The notes under the pieces were generated by a model. That model did not search any database. It was not told the origin of the DNA and worked only from the letters and a program-made list of their open reading frames with translations. Of a stretch of DNA of 62,329 nucleotides, positions 27,031 through 36,521 are shown one piece after another. Source of the DNA: a virus (lineage: Duplodnaviria; Caudoviricetes); IMG/VR virus record IMGVR_UViG_3300036790_000194, positions 1 through 62,329 of that record. One strand, 5' to 3'. Each line of letters opens with the position of its first letter. The stretch's first letter is position 1. A program made the position numbers and the translations under genes.

Positions 27031-27287
27031 GCCATCTCCCAGTCTTCATCGAGAAGATCGCTCTGGCTCGCGAGCCACGGAACGATCTGGCCGTCCGCCG
27101 TCTTCATATCGATATGGCCGTGATAGTTGACTTCCGTGTCCTCCCCGAGGATCGAAAGCAGCGGCTCGCGATTGGCCTTGAAAACTGAGCCGGGCACAAG
27201 GAAGACGAACATTCCTTTGCCATTCCATCCGGAGCGGCGGACCCGGGCGCCCGACTTGATGACAGCCAACGCTTCCTCAAATTTCAT
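27027..27287 (-). CDS. tad2: DUF2829 / Thoeris anti-defence 2 (Tad2)-like protein
   Basis: MKFEEAL..IKSG.RVRRSGWNGKGMFVFL...IDMKTADG..VPWLASQSDLL.EDW is the DUF2829 signature. Confidence 0.8.
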   Translation of the reverse strand: MKFEEALAVIKSGARVRRSGWNGKGMFVFLVPGSVFKANREPLLSILGEDTEVNYHGHIDMKTADGQIVPWLASQSDLLDEDWEMA

Positions 27288-29698
27288 TCACCGCTTCCTT
27301 CTGGTGTTTGCTTCTTACCCCCGCGCCCCGGTCTTTGCAAACGCGGTTCCGATTTCGGGTTGATCGCCGTGTCGATGCCGGACAATTCCTGCTCGCCCTG
27401 CTGGACGGTCTGTTGAGCTTTGGCAAAGCCCGCGGCTCCCGTGCCCATGGCACCAAACGCCTGCGCGTCCGCCTTGCGCAAATTCGCAAGATCAAGCGCG
27501 CTTAATTGCGGAGCTTGGTCAGGCTGGTTGTCCGCCTGCAATTCTGCGCTCTTGTGCGCCAGCGTGGCCTGGTCGATCTGAAGCTCGTTATCCATCTGTT
27601 GTTGGCGCTGCGTGTGCTGGGCTGCTTCGTTGGCGGCTTGGCGCTGGCTGTCCGCATCCTCGACATCGAGCTTGCGGTTCTCAATCGCCTGAGCGCCAGC
27701 CGTTTTCTGCTGCTCAAGTTGCAGCTTCGCCTGCTCCAATGGCAATTCGAGTTGCGCCTTGGCCGCACCGCCGTCTCCACCTTGGCCCGGCTGCACACCT
27801 TTCGCGCCCTGCTGCTGTTGCATTGCCTGCTGGATTTCCTGTTCGGAAGCCAGCAGAGAATCGGCGTCGTTGACGCCTGCCGATACCAAAACACGTTCAG
27901 CAACCGCCCTGAGTTTGCCGCTGAACAGCATCGGGGCGTCCTTGGCCATCTGCATCAGGAACATGTTGAGCATGATCCGGTGCATCTGGCTGGGCACGTT
28001 CGGGTCGGAAGCGGGGACGAGATTGACGTCCGAGAATTCCGCTACCAACTGGCTCCAATCGCGCCCTCCCTTGCGCGTCATCCAGCGCAAATCTTCGGGA
28101 TGTTCGACGAACAGGTCACGCAGCAGGCCAAGCTCACGACGCTGGGCGCGGTGGTCACGCTGATGTACCGCGCTCAAATCCTGGCTTTGCTGCTCGATCA
28201 TGGCGAGCATGGTTCCGACCGGCATGTTCTGTTGCTGGCCGCCCGTCTGGATTTCTACCGTGCCCGATAGCTTCTCGACATCTTCCTCGATCATCTGCGC
28301 AAATTGCACAAACGCCGGCCCAATGTCACCGTAAGGCATCGCCATCATGGCGTCCTTGATCGATGACATCGAGCCGATATCCACGTTCACCCACTCGCCG
28401 AGCGATGGGTTGATTTCGTTCGTGTCGGTTCTGACGCCTTTGACCTTCATGCCCGCTGGGAAATTGGCCAGCATTCCCTTGTCGATCAGGATTTGCCAGA
28501 TGGCGGTCAACACACGCGTCTGGTTGCCGATCAGATGCAGGAATCCGTAGTCCAGAAAACCTAACCCCGGCACCAACCCGAACTTCACGAAATGCTCGCG
28601 CTCACGAAACATTTCATCGTCCTGTTTCCAGTTGCGGTGCAGCGCGAGAATCTTGTGCGAGTCTTTCTCCACCACGACCTTGTACGGCAGCGGCAAACCT
28701 TCGGGCGCATTCCGTTCGTCGATCCCGTATTCGGCAGGATCGAACGACAGGTAGCCCTCGTAAAATGTGAAACTCGTATCCTGCGTGCGGGATTGGACCG
28801 CCGATATGCCCTGAGATTGCAGAATCTTACGCCGCGCTGGATTGTCGTTCAACTGAGGCACCGTAAGCGGGACATCGAGCCAGCCGCCTTGAAGCTGCAT
28901 CTTCCGCGTCATCATGGGCGACATAACGATTTCGTTCGTCTTTCGCATGGCGTTCTGCAGGTCGGTCGCATCTTCCGACACGATGAAGTTCGCAAGCTGA
29001 ATGGATTCCGAGACAGGCCTGCGCCGCAGCGGACAGCGATAAACCTTCTTGAACATGCTGCCGCCGTAGGCGCGATAGAACAGCGCCCGGTCGGTATCGG
29101 CATAGTATTCCGTGGCCACGTCCGTCATGTAATAGTTGAAGTCGTCCTCGAAATCGCGGGCGAGTTCATCTTCTGGTCCGGTCGAGCCGCCTATCGTCGC
29201 AACCTTCGCCGGTCCCGTCGCTGGCAATAGTTGACCGCGCGCCATGGATTGTGAGCGGACGCATGCCTTGAGCAAGGCAGGGTTTTTGGATTTCGATAGC
29301 GATTGCCGATTGCCGCGCGACGATGAAGCCTCTTCAATCGTCAGACCCAATAGATCAATGCCGCGATTGTAGTTCGCAATGAACGCGGACCGCGAAAGAA
29401 TATCCGCCGCAACGCCGTCCAGATAATCCTGCGATATGCCCATGGTAGAGCCGTCGCTAAGGTCTTCGGCCAGGTTCGTATCGAAGTGGTCGTTGCTGCG
29501 GTCGCGCTTGATGGCAGGCGCAGGCATCTGGACATCGACCGAACCGTCTTCGTTGATGACGATTGTGGTTCCGTCAGTGCCGGCTAGCGGATCAGATGGC
29601 GTGGACTTTCGTGCGCGCAACAGGGCTTGAGGAGCTTCGCCACCCGTATAATCTACGGTCGTATTGTCTCTGCCGTTGTTGTAGCCGGAGAAACTCAT
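27284..29698 (-). CDS. Portal protein
   Basis: 804 aa after terL; HFD.NLAE, G..LLG, GSMFKKVY, PGLGF..YG..H.IG, PVGT.LA.IEQ, PASDPN motifs; Q-rich tail. Confidence 0.9.
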   Translation of the reverse strand: MSFSGYNNGRDNTTVDYTGGEAPQALLRARKSTPSDPLAGTDGTTIVINEDGSVDVQMPAPAIKRDRSNDHFDTNLAEDLSDGSTMGISQDYLDGVAADILSRSAFIANYNRGIDLLGLTIEEASSSRGNRQSLSKSKNPALLKACVRSQSMARGQLLPATGPAKVATIGGSTGPEDELARDFEDDFNYYMTDVATEYYADTDRALFYRAYGGSMFKKVYRCPLRRRPVSESIQLANFIVSEDATDLQNAMRKTNEIVMSPMMTRKMQLQGGWLDVPLTVPQLNDNPARRKILQSQGISAVQSRTQDTSFTFYEGYLSFDPAEYGIDERNAPEGLPLPYKVVVEKDSHKILALHRNWKQDDEMFREREHFVKFGLVPGLGFLDYGFLHLIGNQTRVLTAIWQILIDKGMLANFPAGMKVKGVRTDTNEINPSLGEWVNVDIGSMSSIKDAMMAMPYGDIGPAFVQFAQMIEEDVEKLSGTVEIQTGGQQQNMPVGTMLAMIEQQSQDLSAVHQRDHRAQRRELGLLRDLFVEHPEDLRWMTRKGGRDWSQLVAEFSDVNLVPASDPNVPSQMHRIMLNMFLMQMAKDAPMLFSGKLRAVAERVLVSAGVNDADSLLASEQEIQQAMQQQQGAKGVQPGQGGDGGAAKAQLELPLEQAKLQLEQQKTAGAQAIENRKLDVEDADSQRQAANEAAQHTQRQQQMDNELQIDQATLAHKSAELQADNQPDQAPQLSALDLANLRKADAQAFGAMGTGAAGFAKAQQTVQQGEQELSGIDTAINPKSEPRLQRPGRGGKKQTPEGSGE

Positions 29699-29961
29699 GC
29701 GTCGTCGGACGCCAAGATGGCTTCAATCTTCTGCTTCAAATCGGCGGATGGCCTTTCGCTCTGGGCCATCAGCCATACCGCCTGCCACGCGCTTCTGAGC
29801 AGCATATCCATCGCCAAAGCATCTTTCTTCTCATCGCCAGATCGTTTGAAGCCAAGTTCAATCGGTACGTCGTGACCATTCTTGTCCCAAGACACGATGC
29901 GCAGTTCCACGATGTCGCCGCTCAACCTCAGCATCGGCTTGAACCAATCGGGGACCATCAC
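29695..29961 (-). CDS. Hypothetical protein
   Basis: Overlap-coupled on both sides. Confidence 0.55.
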   Translation of the reverse strand: MMVPDWFKPMLRLSGDIVELRIVSWDKNGHDVPIELGFKRSGDEKKDALAMDMLLRSAWQAVWLMAQSERPSADLKQKIEAILASDDA

Positions 29962-30173
29962 AGTTTCCTATGCTTGAACTTGCCCTTGATGTGGGCGTGG
30001 TAGTGTTTGCCTTTAGACGGGGCAGCCATAAGCGCCGCGTGCTGTTCGGGCGAGACGCCTTCATGGACATACGTGCCGCTGCTGAACTGGACGTGCATCT
30101 CTTTTGCCTGCGGGTCGTATCCGACAGCTTGGATATTGGACGAGTTGGAGACTGGCTTGAGATCGACGGTCAT
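29958..30173 (-). CDS. KTSC-domain protein
   Basis: VSNSSNIQAVGYD...VQF.SGTY...GV.......LMAAPSKGK.Y..HIKG. Confidence 0.85.
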   Translation of the reverse strand: MTVDLKPVSNSSNIQAVGYDPQAKEMHVQFSSGTYVHEGVSPEQHAALMAAPSKGKHYHAHIKGKFKHRKL

Positions 30174-30403
30174 GTATGCATTCCCATAAGGTCCCACTTG
30201 AGCAATTCCAGCGCCCCAATTCTGCGGGCCACATCGACGCCATGCGAGAACCTAGTGCAAGCTGAACCATCGGCTGGGATCAAACAAATCGCCACGCTTT
30301 CGAACTTTCCCTCGCGCGCATCCGCCAACGTCCGCTCCAGAAGTGAAATCACATCCGCGTCAAGTTGTTGTTTCTGCGTCGGGATGGTTCGAAGCTCGGT
30401 CAC
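30170..30403 (-). CDS. Hypothetical protein
   Basis: GTG after GGAGG; VI.LLE..L..AR.G...SVA...IGALE. Confidence 0.6.
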   Translation of the reverse strand: MTELRTIPTQKQQLDADVISLLERTLADAREGKFESVAICLIPADGSACTRFSHGVDVARRIGALELLKWDLMGMHT

Positions 30404-30534
30404 GCGCCCTCCTGCGAAGCGCGGAGAGTAACACGGCTTGGGAAAGATGAAAATGCTGCCAGTACGAAGGTGCCGAGGATAGAAGCTGCTAGGCGTTTCG
30501 AACCGCCGCAGTCCGCAGTCCACTCGTACTGGCT

Positions 30535-32166
30535 TCAAACATCATAGCGCGGTTCAGGCTTCGGACGAAAGGTCTTCGCCCGTAAATTCTCTGTGTCCGC
30601 CTCGGTGCCGAGTTGCAGGACGCCTTGGGCGCGGAGCCAAGTGAGACATTGGGAGACGCAATCTGTCAGATCAGCCCACTTGGACTTCGGAAACTGCGTC
30701 ACCTCGGTTATCACCATATCGGCCCATGCCCGGTCTGGCGCATAGACCATTCCATCCGCAAAGAGGGCTTGGCAGGCGTGAAGCCGTGCCACTTTATCGC
30801 CTCTCGGGTCGATCATGACGATTGTGCATTCGCCATTGCTCAGAAGGCGCCGAAGCTCAGCGGCCAGATCATTGCCCCGCGTCTTGTTCTCAATCAGCAC
30901 TATATCGAGCTTACGCCTGCGGATTGTGTCAGCGATTTTCTCGGCCAGGCCCCAGTATGGTTTGCGCTCCTGATCTGTGCGCATTTCGGGTGGGATGACG
31001 CCTCGAAGCGGCAACCGTGCCCGCCACGCTTCCATCAATACAGTTTTGGGCCGCTCACGCTGATCCGACCAAACTCCAAAAACGACCATGGCGTTCCAGG
31101 CATTTTCGTCTTTCTCGCCATAAGCCGTGTCGATTGACCCTACCAATAAGCTGCATGGCGGGAATGTCGTTGGCTGGCCATCCTGCGGCTCATAGCCAGG
31201 CGCTGGCCACGGCAACCACCAAATTCGTTCGATGATGTTGCCACCTCGCGGCGTTGGCGTTTGCTGAAACTGCGCCGCCGATGCAGTAGGCCCCATCGCG
31301 ATCTTGTCGCGCTCCACGACCTTCTCAGGATACCGCTCGGGAAATGCCAGCTCGTTTTCATCGGTTCGCGGATCGGTCCACCCGATGGACGTAGGTCCGC
31401 GCCAGTCGCCGTCAAACTCCATCGGAATGCAAAGGTGCGTGTAATCGGTCAGTTCGCCGATAATCGTGCCCGCCACGTCCTCTTCGTGGACGCGCTGCAT
31501 GATGACGACGATGGCCGAGGACTCAGGGTCGTTCATGCGGCTGGTGATGGATTCGCGGAACCAGCGGACCGTTTCCTGCCTCACAGTTTCCGATTCCGCC
31601 ATTTTGACGTTGTGCGGATCGTCCACAATTACGCGGTCCGCGCGCTCGCCAGTACCTACACCGCCAACCGACGAAGCGATCTTCCAGCCCGTACTGCGGT
31701 TGTAAACCTTATGCACCCCGACATGTGGCGGCAATCTTACGGTCTTTCCCCACAATTCCTGATACAATCGGCTTTTGAGGATGTCAGCGAACCTCCCATT
31801 GTCGCGCTCGGTGAGGTCGGGGGTGTACGAAAAGGCGAGATATCGAAGGCTCGGGTTCTCAAGCGGTCCCCATTCCCACGCCGGCCAAAACACCGAAGTC
31901 GCCAAGCTTTTCATAAAGCCGGGGGGCACATTCATAAGCAATCTGGTCAACTCACCAGACGAAACTGCTTCCAGATGCTCGCAGATTGCCTCAATCGCCC
32001 AACCCGACACATAAGGCCGGATAGGCTCGACAACGGGCCAGAATTCCTTGATGAACCGCAGAAGCTCGTTACTGCAAGCTCGGCGAACCTTCCGCTTCGA
32101 CAGTTCCGCCGCCATCTTTGCGGCCAAGACCAAGTTCTCGCGCGATACGCTTGCGTAACTCTCCAT
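30535..32166 (-). CDS. terL: Terminase large subunit
   Basis: MNVPPGFMKS (Walker A), VIVDDPH (Walker B), IMQR.HE.D, Q.QQ.P, SIDTA and D..D..SQ nuclease motifs. Confidence 0.95.
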   Translation of the reverse strand: MESYASVSRENLVLAAKMAAELSKRKVRRACSNELLRFIKEFWPVVEPIRPYVSGWAIEAICEHLEAVSSGELTRLLMNVPPGFMKSLATSVFWPAWEWGPLENPSLRYLAFSYTPDLTERDNGRFADILKSRLYQELWGKTVRLPPHVGVHKVYNRSTGWKIASSVGGVGTGERADRVIVDDPHNVKMAESETVRQETVRWFRESITSRMNDPESSAIVVIMQRVHEEDVAGTIIGELTDYTHLCIPMEFDGDWRGPTSIGWTDPRTDENELAFPERYPEKVVERDKIAMGPTASAAQFQQTPTPRGGNIIERIWWLPWPAPGYEPQDGQPTTFPPCSLLVGSIDTAYGEKDENAWNAMVVFGVWSDQRERPKTVLMEAWRARLPLRGVIPPEMRTDQERKPYWGLAEKIADTIRRRKLDIVLIENKTRGNDLAAELRRLLSNGECTIVMIDPRGDKVARLHACQALFADGMVYAPDRAWADMVITEVTQFPKSKWADLTDCVSQCLTWLRAQGVLQLGTEADTENLRAKTFRPKPEPRYDV

Positions 32167-32542
32167 CCGTCAAAGCCTCGAAATCGCCCGGCTCGCCTAT
32201 CTCAGACCGCTCTACGAAGGCATAAACCTCGCGGCCCAATAACTCCATGCATTTAGCAGCGGGTCCATACGCGCCAGCCTCACGAGCCTCCTTGGCAAGC
32301 CCAATGGTCTGCTCGATCACCCATGCTTTTGTCAGCACCGTCTTAGTCGAAACATCGTGGCGAAGCCGGAGTTCGGCGATACGGGATGAAATCTTAGTGT
32401 GCTTTAGTAGCTTCGAGCCATTTACGTCACATGTTGCTGGGGCCGCATCAGGATAGCTCTCTTCGTAGGCATCGTGGGCCTTTTTACCCTGTACGATAGC
32501 CTGTGCGAACAGTTCGTGGCGTTGATTTTTAAGAAGCGGCAT
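32069..32542 (-). CDS. terS: Terminase small subunit
   Basis: L.NQRHE.FAQ...G.....AY...Y helix-turn-helix; ELLG.; directly upstream of terL. Confidence 0.85.
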   Translation of the reverse strand: MPLLKNQRHELFAQAIVQGKKAHDAYEESYPDAAPATCDVNGSKLLKHTKISSRIAELRLRHDVSTKTVLTKAWVIEQTIGLAKEAREAGAYGPAAKCMELLGREVYAFVERSEIGEPGDFEALTDGELRKRIARELGLGRKDGGGTVEAEGSPSLQ

Positions 32543-32620
32543 CGGGCTTTTCTATGGATTTGGAGATTGCAAACTCGCTGAAGGCTGGATCCAAGCGTCC
32601 GGCATCCTTCAAGACGATAT

Positions 32621-32697
32621 TGGAGACGGGGGAGGGAATCGAACCCTTATTCGTCCGGTTTTGCAGACCGGCGTTGGACCCAGCCAATTCCCTCGTC
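32621..32697 (-). tRNA. tRNA-Cys(GCA), somewhat non-canonical
   Basis: Acceptor GACGAGG/CCCCGTC (one mismatch), U discriminator and encoded CCA; anticodon arm CCGGT-CTGCAAA-ACCGG; GGG-TTCGATT-CCC T arm; TTGG/CCAA D stem. Confidence 0.75.
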
Positions 32698-33118
32698 AAT
32701 CGGGTTTTTTCAACATTGGAGGCGATAAGTTCTCGTTTATATTTTTCCATAAAAGCTTCCGCGTTGCGCGTGCGCTGCTGCTCCGCCAGCAAAAGTATAT
32801 ATAACTTAAAAACTGGCGTCTGCCTTCGCCGATCTTGTTCTGAAATCGAGGGGCGGCCCTCAAAGGGTGTATGTGTTATAGCGATGTCGGTAGCCACGCG
32901 AACGGTAGCATCCGCAGACATTTCCCATGGGTCGATTCGGACTACCAAACGCCCGAGAGCGCCCCACCGCCTCCAATAATAGCCCCATCGAAGGCTACTC
33001 AACGGTTGCCACGGAAAAACGATCCTCATCGTCTAGCTCCTGTGGCGTCAACTGGAACTCTGCCCGCAAGTTTCTCCGCAAAAACTTTGTACTTTTTCAA
33101 CATCGGCATGGCTGCAGT

Positions 33119-33418
33119 CTATTCCGATTTTGTCGGTTTGTCACCAGCGCAACCTGTTGGGCGGTCTTCTTCAGGGAATTCATCCCAGTCCCGCACCCTT
33201 TTGAGAACTGGAAGGGCGCGCTTGAGAACGGACTCACGTTGGGCCGCATGCTGATCATTAGCCTGAAGCGCGGGTATTGCCAACTCCAACGCATTGAGTA
33301 AAAGCGCCCTATCTTCTTCCAGGCCGAAGATGATGGCACCGGCAGAGTCGGGTGATTTCGCAAATAGCTTGTATAAAGGGCCGTGCTCGTGTCGAAACCG
33401 CCAATTGTATATCCTCAT
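33119..33418 (-). CDS. Hypothetical protein
   Basis: ATG after AGGT; 99 aa. Confidence 0.5.
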   Translation of the reverse strand: MRIYNWRFRHEHGPLYKLFAKSPDSAGAIIFGLEEDRALLLNALELAIPALQANDQHAAQRESVLKRALPVLKRVRDWDEFPEEDRPTGCAGDKPTKSE

Positions 33419-33722
33419 TGACCTAGCACCCCCCGCGCGGGGGTGTCACGGTCCCTCATGAATCTTCTCTCAGTCCTTGACGATTTCCCCTTTCTCGCTG
33501 CCCGCACATTCGCAGATTCTGCATCCAAATATTTAAGAAATCTGTCCCACATCGTCGAGAACGGGGGCCATGGAACTCCAGCCTCACACAAGGTGTCGGC
33601 GGGAAGGCCTCAGCAAAAAAGCGAAGCGCCTCTACTCAGTCTAATCTTGTTAAGTGTTAGATCATAGCTCTTGGTGTAGAAGAATAATACTCTGCGCGCG
33701 CGCGCGCAAGCCCCCTTGGCGT

Positions 33723-33859
33723 TGCGAAACCGGAATCCACGTTTTCCGCCGTTCCGCACGGTTTCGCAGCGGTTCAGCAGGTGGTTTCGCATTTTCGATT
33801 TTTGCGAAACCGCACTGGTTTGATTCCGGTTTCGCAGCGGTTTCGCACCCGGTTCCGCA
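33723..33859. repeat. Iteron-like GGTTTCGCA array, candidate replication origin
   Basis: Six exact copies (4 direct, 2 inverted) and three variants, in non-coding DNA just 3' of the helicase gene. Confidence 0.7.
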
Positions 33860-33874
33860 TGAAGGGTTTATTCA

Positions 33875-35032
33875 TCATTCAATACTCTCATCCGGGTACC
33901 GGCAATCAACTGGCCTGACGCACCGGCGGCGTCGAGACTTTGTGCCGATCTCGACAACAACGAGGCGGCCTTCGTTTATGAGGGCGTCTTGAGCAGACTG
34001 GAGCGCGCCGAAGGACAGCATTTTGCAGCTTGGCAACTGTCGGGCGAGCGCGGTCAGGGAGCCGCGTGTGTTCGGAACGGCGACGACGAAAGAGCCGTTC
34101 TTTACGAGGTAAGCCGCAGCCTCCATGAGCCGCGACTTTGCGTCGATTTTGTCTACAATTGAACCTCCTGACGATGTGAAGTCGGTGCAGATGAAGGAGC
34201 CGTCTTTCCAGCGGATTTTTATTTTCTGTCCAAACGGGCCGTAGTTGGATTTCATGATTTTCAGCACACGATCATCGCTGGGCGTGTCGTCGCCCTCTTC
34301 GTCTTTTGTGCGCTTGGCGGTGAGATAAAGGCGATTGCGGACTGCGCCGTTCCATGCGGTCGATCCGGAAAAGCCGGAGCCGTCGATCATTGCGGATTTT
34401 GACGGATGCGATGTCATGACGACGCCGCCATTATTGATCAGCGCGAAACTGCGGATCATCGTGACGAAGGCCTTAACTTGGTAGCGGATGTTTTCGTTTC
34501 CGGCGAACACATCCGAGATTGTGTCGAGAATCGTCATCTGTACGCCGTAGTCTTTTATGATTTCCATGAGTTGCAGAAAAAGCGAGGTTTTTGTGGCCTT
34601 TCCGTAATCTCCTTTGCCGCGAAAGGCGACCAACTCGTTGTTGTCTTCACCAACGCCGCACAGATAAAGAACGCGGCCTTCGAGGTCGGAAAATTCGCAG
34701 CCGTAGAATTTGCAGATGTCGGCGTAACGGCGATGGAGTTCGTCTTCGTCATCTTCACAATAAACCGCAAGGGATGTGACTTTTTCCTTGATCGGTAACC
34801 CTAACCAGTCGTACCCGAGCGCGGCCGCGACCTGCAATTGTTGGCACAAAAGCGATTTTCCTACGCCGCCGTCGCCGGCCAAAAGCGTGATCGATCGCCG
34901 CAAGAGAACCGACGGAATAAGCCATTCCCGCTCTGGCCGCTCTCTGCCCTGCAGGTCGCCAAGATCGCGCGGGCTTATGGGCCGCACGCGGCGCGCGCGC
35001 GCTTCGTCAAGGTCAATCGGATTGTCAATCAT
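33875..35032 (-). CDS. RepA-like replicative helicase (AAA_25)
   Basis: LAGDGGVGKS Walker A, CEDD, ILDT Walker B, SHPSK, SGSTAW, KSNYG; start re-assigned by ATGA overlap with the primase stop. Confidence 0.9.
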   Translation of the reverse strand: MIDNPIDLDEARARRVRPISPRDLGDLQGRERPEREWLIPSVLLRRSITLLAGDGGVGKSLLCQQLQVAAALGYDWLGLPIKEKVTSLAVYCEDDEDELHRRYADICKFYGCEFSDLEGRVLYLCGVGEDNNELVAFRGKGDYGKATKTSLFLQLMEIIKDYGVQMTILDTISDVFAGNENIRYQVKAFVTMIRSFALINNGGVVMTSHPSKSAMIDGSGFSGSTAWNGAVRNRLYLTAKRTKDEEGDDTPSDDRVLKIMKSNYGPFGQKIKIRWKDGSFICTDFTSSGGSIVDKIDAKSRLMEAAAYLVKNGSFVVAVPNTRGSLTALARQLPSCKMLSFGALQSAQDALINEGRLVVVEIGTKSRRRRCVRPVDCRYPDESIE

Positions 35033-35934
35033 GCGCGCCCCTGCAGAATGGAATTGAAATCGTCCGCCTTCTGAAAATGCGCTTCCGGCATGATCACCTC
35101 GACAGGCAGCCCGCGCCGCTCGTATTCGTCGGCCGCCTTGAAGGCCTCGGTGCGCCCGACTTCGCCGGAATCCCCGAAAATTGTCACGACCTTGACGCCT
35201 GGCGGCATGTCGAGCTTGCCCAGCCGATTGGCGGAAAGCGCGGCCCACACCGGAATCGAATAAAGCCGCGCGGCACTCATGGCGGTTTCTACACCCTCGG
35301 CTACGCCAAGGAACCCGCTCGGCCCTAGCGGCTTGAGCCGAACGGCGCCGGGCCCCATTGGACCGAGCGTCATCTTGGGGCCTTCGACATCGGCTTTGCG
35401 CGGCTCGGCGGGATCCAGGTAAGTGCGCTGCACCGCACAGAACCCGCGATTGTCTGAAATCCTCGCCAGCATGGCCGGAAAGTCTTTTTTCGTGCCGTAG
35501 TGCCTGAGCGCGGGCACATAGCGCAGTTCTTGACTGTTTAGGAGTCGAATGCCGCGCGCGCGCAAATAGGCCTCAGCGCGCGTTCCCCCCGCCGGTACGC
35601 CGCGGTCCCAGATATCCATTGCCTGCAACCGCTTCTCGCGCGCGGTTTTGTCGGGCAGATCGCGGTCATAGAGCGTTGTCATGCGGAACGGGTAGGACGG
35701 ATCGCCCGATATCGGGCCGTCGCCCCACAATCCGAGCCGTTTCAGGGCGTCAATGACTTCGTTTTGGCTGCAGGATGCGTGGCAAAAAACCAGCACGCGG
35801 CCATCGCGGGTTTCTGAAACAGAGAGGGACGGTGACCGATCCTCGTGAGCGGGGCACCGGCACGTTCCGGAGTGATGCGCCCATCGACCCTTTAGCGCGG
35901 CAACAATCCGGCGCGCGCTGACCCATTGGCTCAT
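35029..35934 (-). CDS. DNA primase (Zn-binding plus Toprim)
   Basis: CRCPAHEDRSPSLSV...CHASC, YL.ARGI, VAEGVETA, IFGD, DDFN. Confidence 0.9.
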   Translation of the reverse strand: MSQWVSARRIVAALKGRWAHHSGTCRCPAHEDRSPSLSVSETRDGRVLVFCHASCSQNEVIDALKRLGLWGDGPISGDPSYPFRMTTLYDRDLPDKTAREKRLQAMDIWDRGVPAGGTRAEAYLRARGIRLLNSQELRYVPALRHYGTKKDFPAMLARISDNRGFCAVQRTYLDPAEPRKADVEGPKMTLGPMGPGAVRLKPLGPSGFLGVAEGVETAMSAARLYSIPVWAALSANRLGKLDMPPGVKVVTIFGDSGEVGRTEAFKAADEYERRGLPVEVIMPEAHFQKADDFNSILQGRA

Positions 35935-36368
35935 GTGTTGGCCGCGCGGTTCGCGATCAGATTAAGGGCCTCTTTCGCGCAGGCGTCGGGATCGGCGTTT
36001 ATCTCCGAGCCGCTAAACCTAATCGGCGTGACATAGCGGGCGTTAAAATACCTGTCTCGCACCCTGTCTTTTGTTGCCGACTCCGCCGTTGCGTCGTGGT
36101 AATCAAAGCCGTCGCACTCAATGGCGAAGCGCGGAGGCATTTTTCCGGAAGCCTTTGCCAGAATAGCAAAATCAGCCATATACGCGCCGACCAAGACCTG
36201 TGGCGCAACGACAATTTCCTGAACATAAAGCGGCGGGAAATCATCGAAGGCTGAAACGTGCCCTTCGTCAATAAAAAGTGTTTGCCAACTGGAAAATTCC
36301 GGCGCGCGCAACGCGCCGCGAAGCGCAATCTCCATGAAGGATTCGATGGGGGATGTGACTTTGCTCAT
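35931..36368 (-). CDS. DUF559-like PD-(D/E)xK endonuclease
   Basis: YMADF...IECDGFDYH...D..RDR...IRFSGSEI. Confidence 0.8.
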   Translation of the reverse strand: MSKVTSPIESFMEIALRGALRAPEFSSWQTLFIDEGHVSAFDDFPPLYVQEIVVAPQVLVGAYMADFAILAKASGKMPPRFAIECDGFDYHDATAESATKDRVRDRYFNARYVTPIRFSGSEINADPDACAKEALNLIANRAANT

Positions 36369-36412
36369 TCGGAGATTCCGAACGCAATGCGGATGCGCAA
36401 TTGTAGCGACAT
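36365..36412 (-). CDS. 15-aa leader mini-ORF (MSLQLRIRIAFGISE)
   Basis: SD GGGAG 5 nt upstream; its stop overlaps the ATG of the DUF559-like gene. Confidence 0.5.
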   Translation of the reverse strand: MSLQLRIRIAFGISE

Positions 36413-36521
36413 GGTAACTCCCAAGCTCAAGAGAGACATCGGCCGGCCGGGAAGGGCTTGGGGATTCTTGCCCGATCCGGCCGCATGTCCTTTACGCCGC
36501 CGGTAGCGAGCCGACGCATTA

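Noticed and set aside
32561-32620. Third segment ending in TCTCCA downstream of the tRNA
   Set aside because: Only 60 nt, with a single hairpin and no acceptor pairing or T-loop.
32529-33029. 166-aa minus-strand ORF upstream of terS
   Set aside because: Runs through the tRNA-Cys gene and an AT-rich promoter-like box; no recognisable motifs.
33723-33859. Short repeats as a possible CRISPR array
   Set aside because: 9-bp units in both orientations with mostly 1-3 bp gaps, no spacer-length unique sequences and no cas genes.
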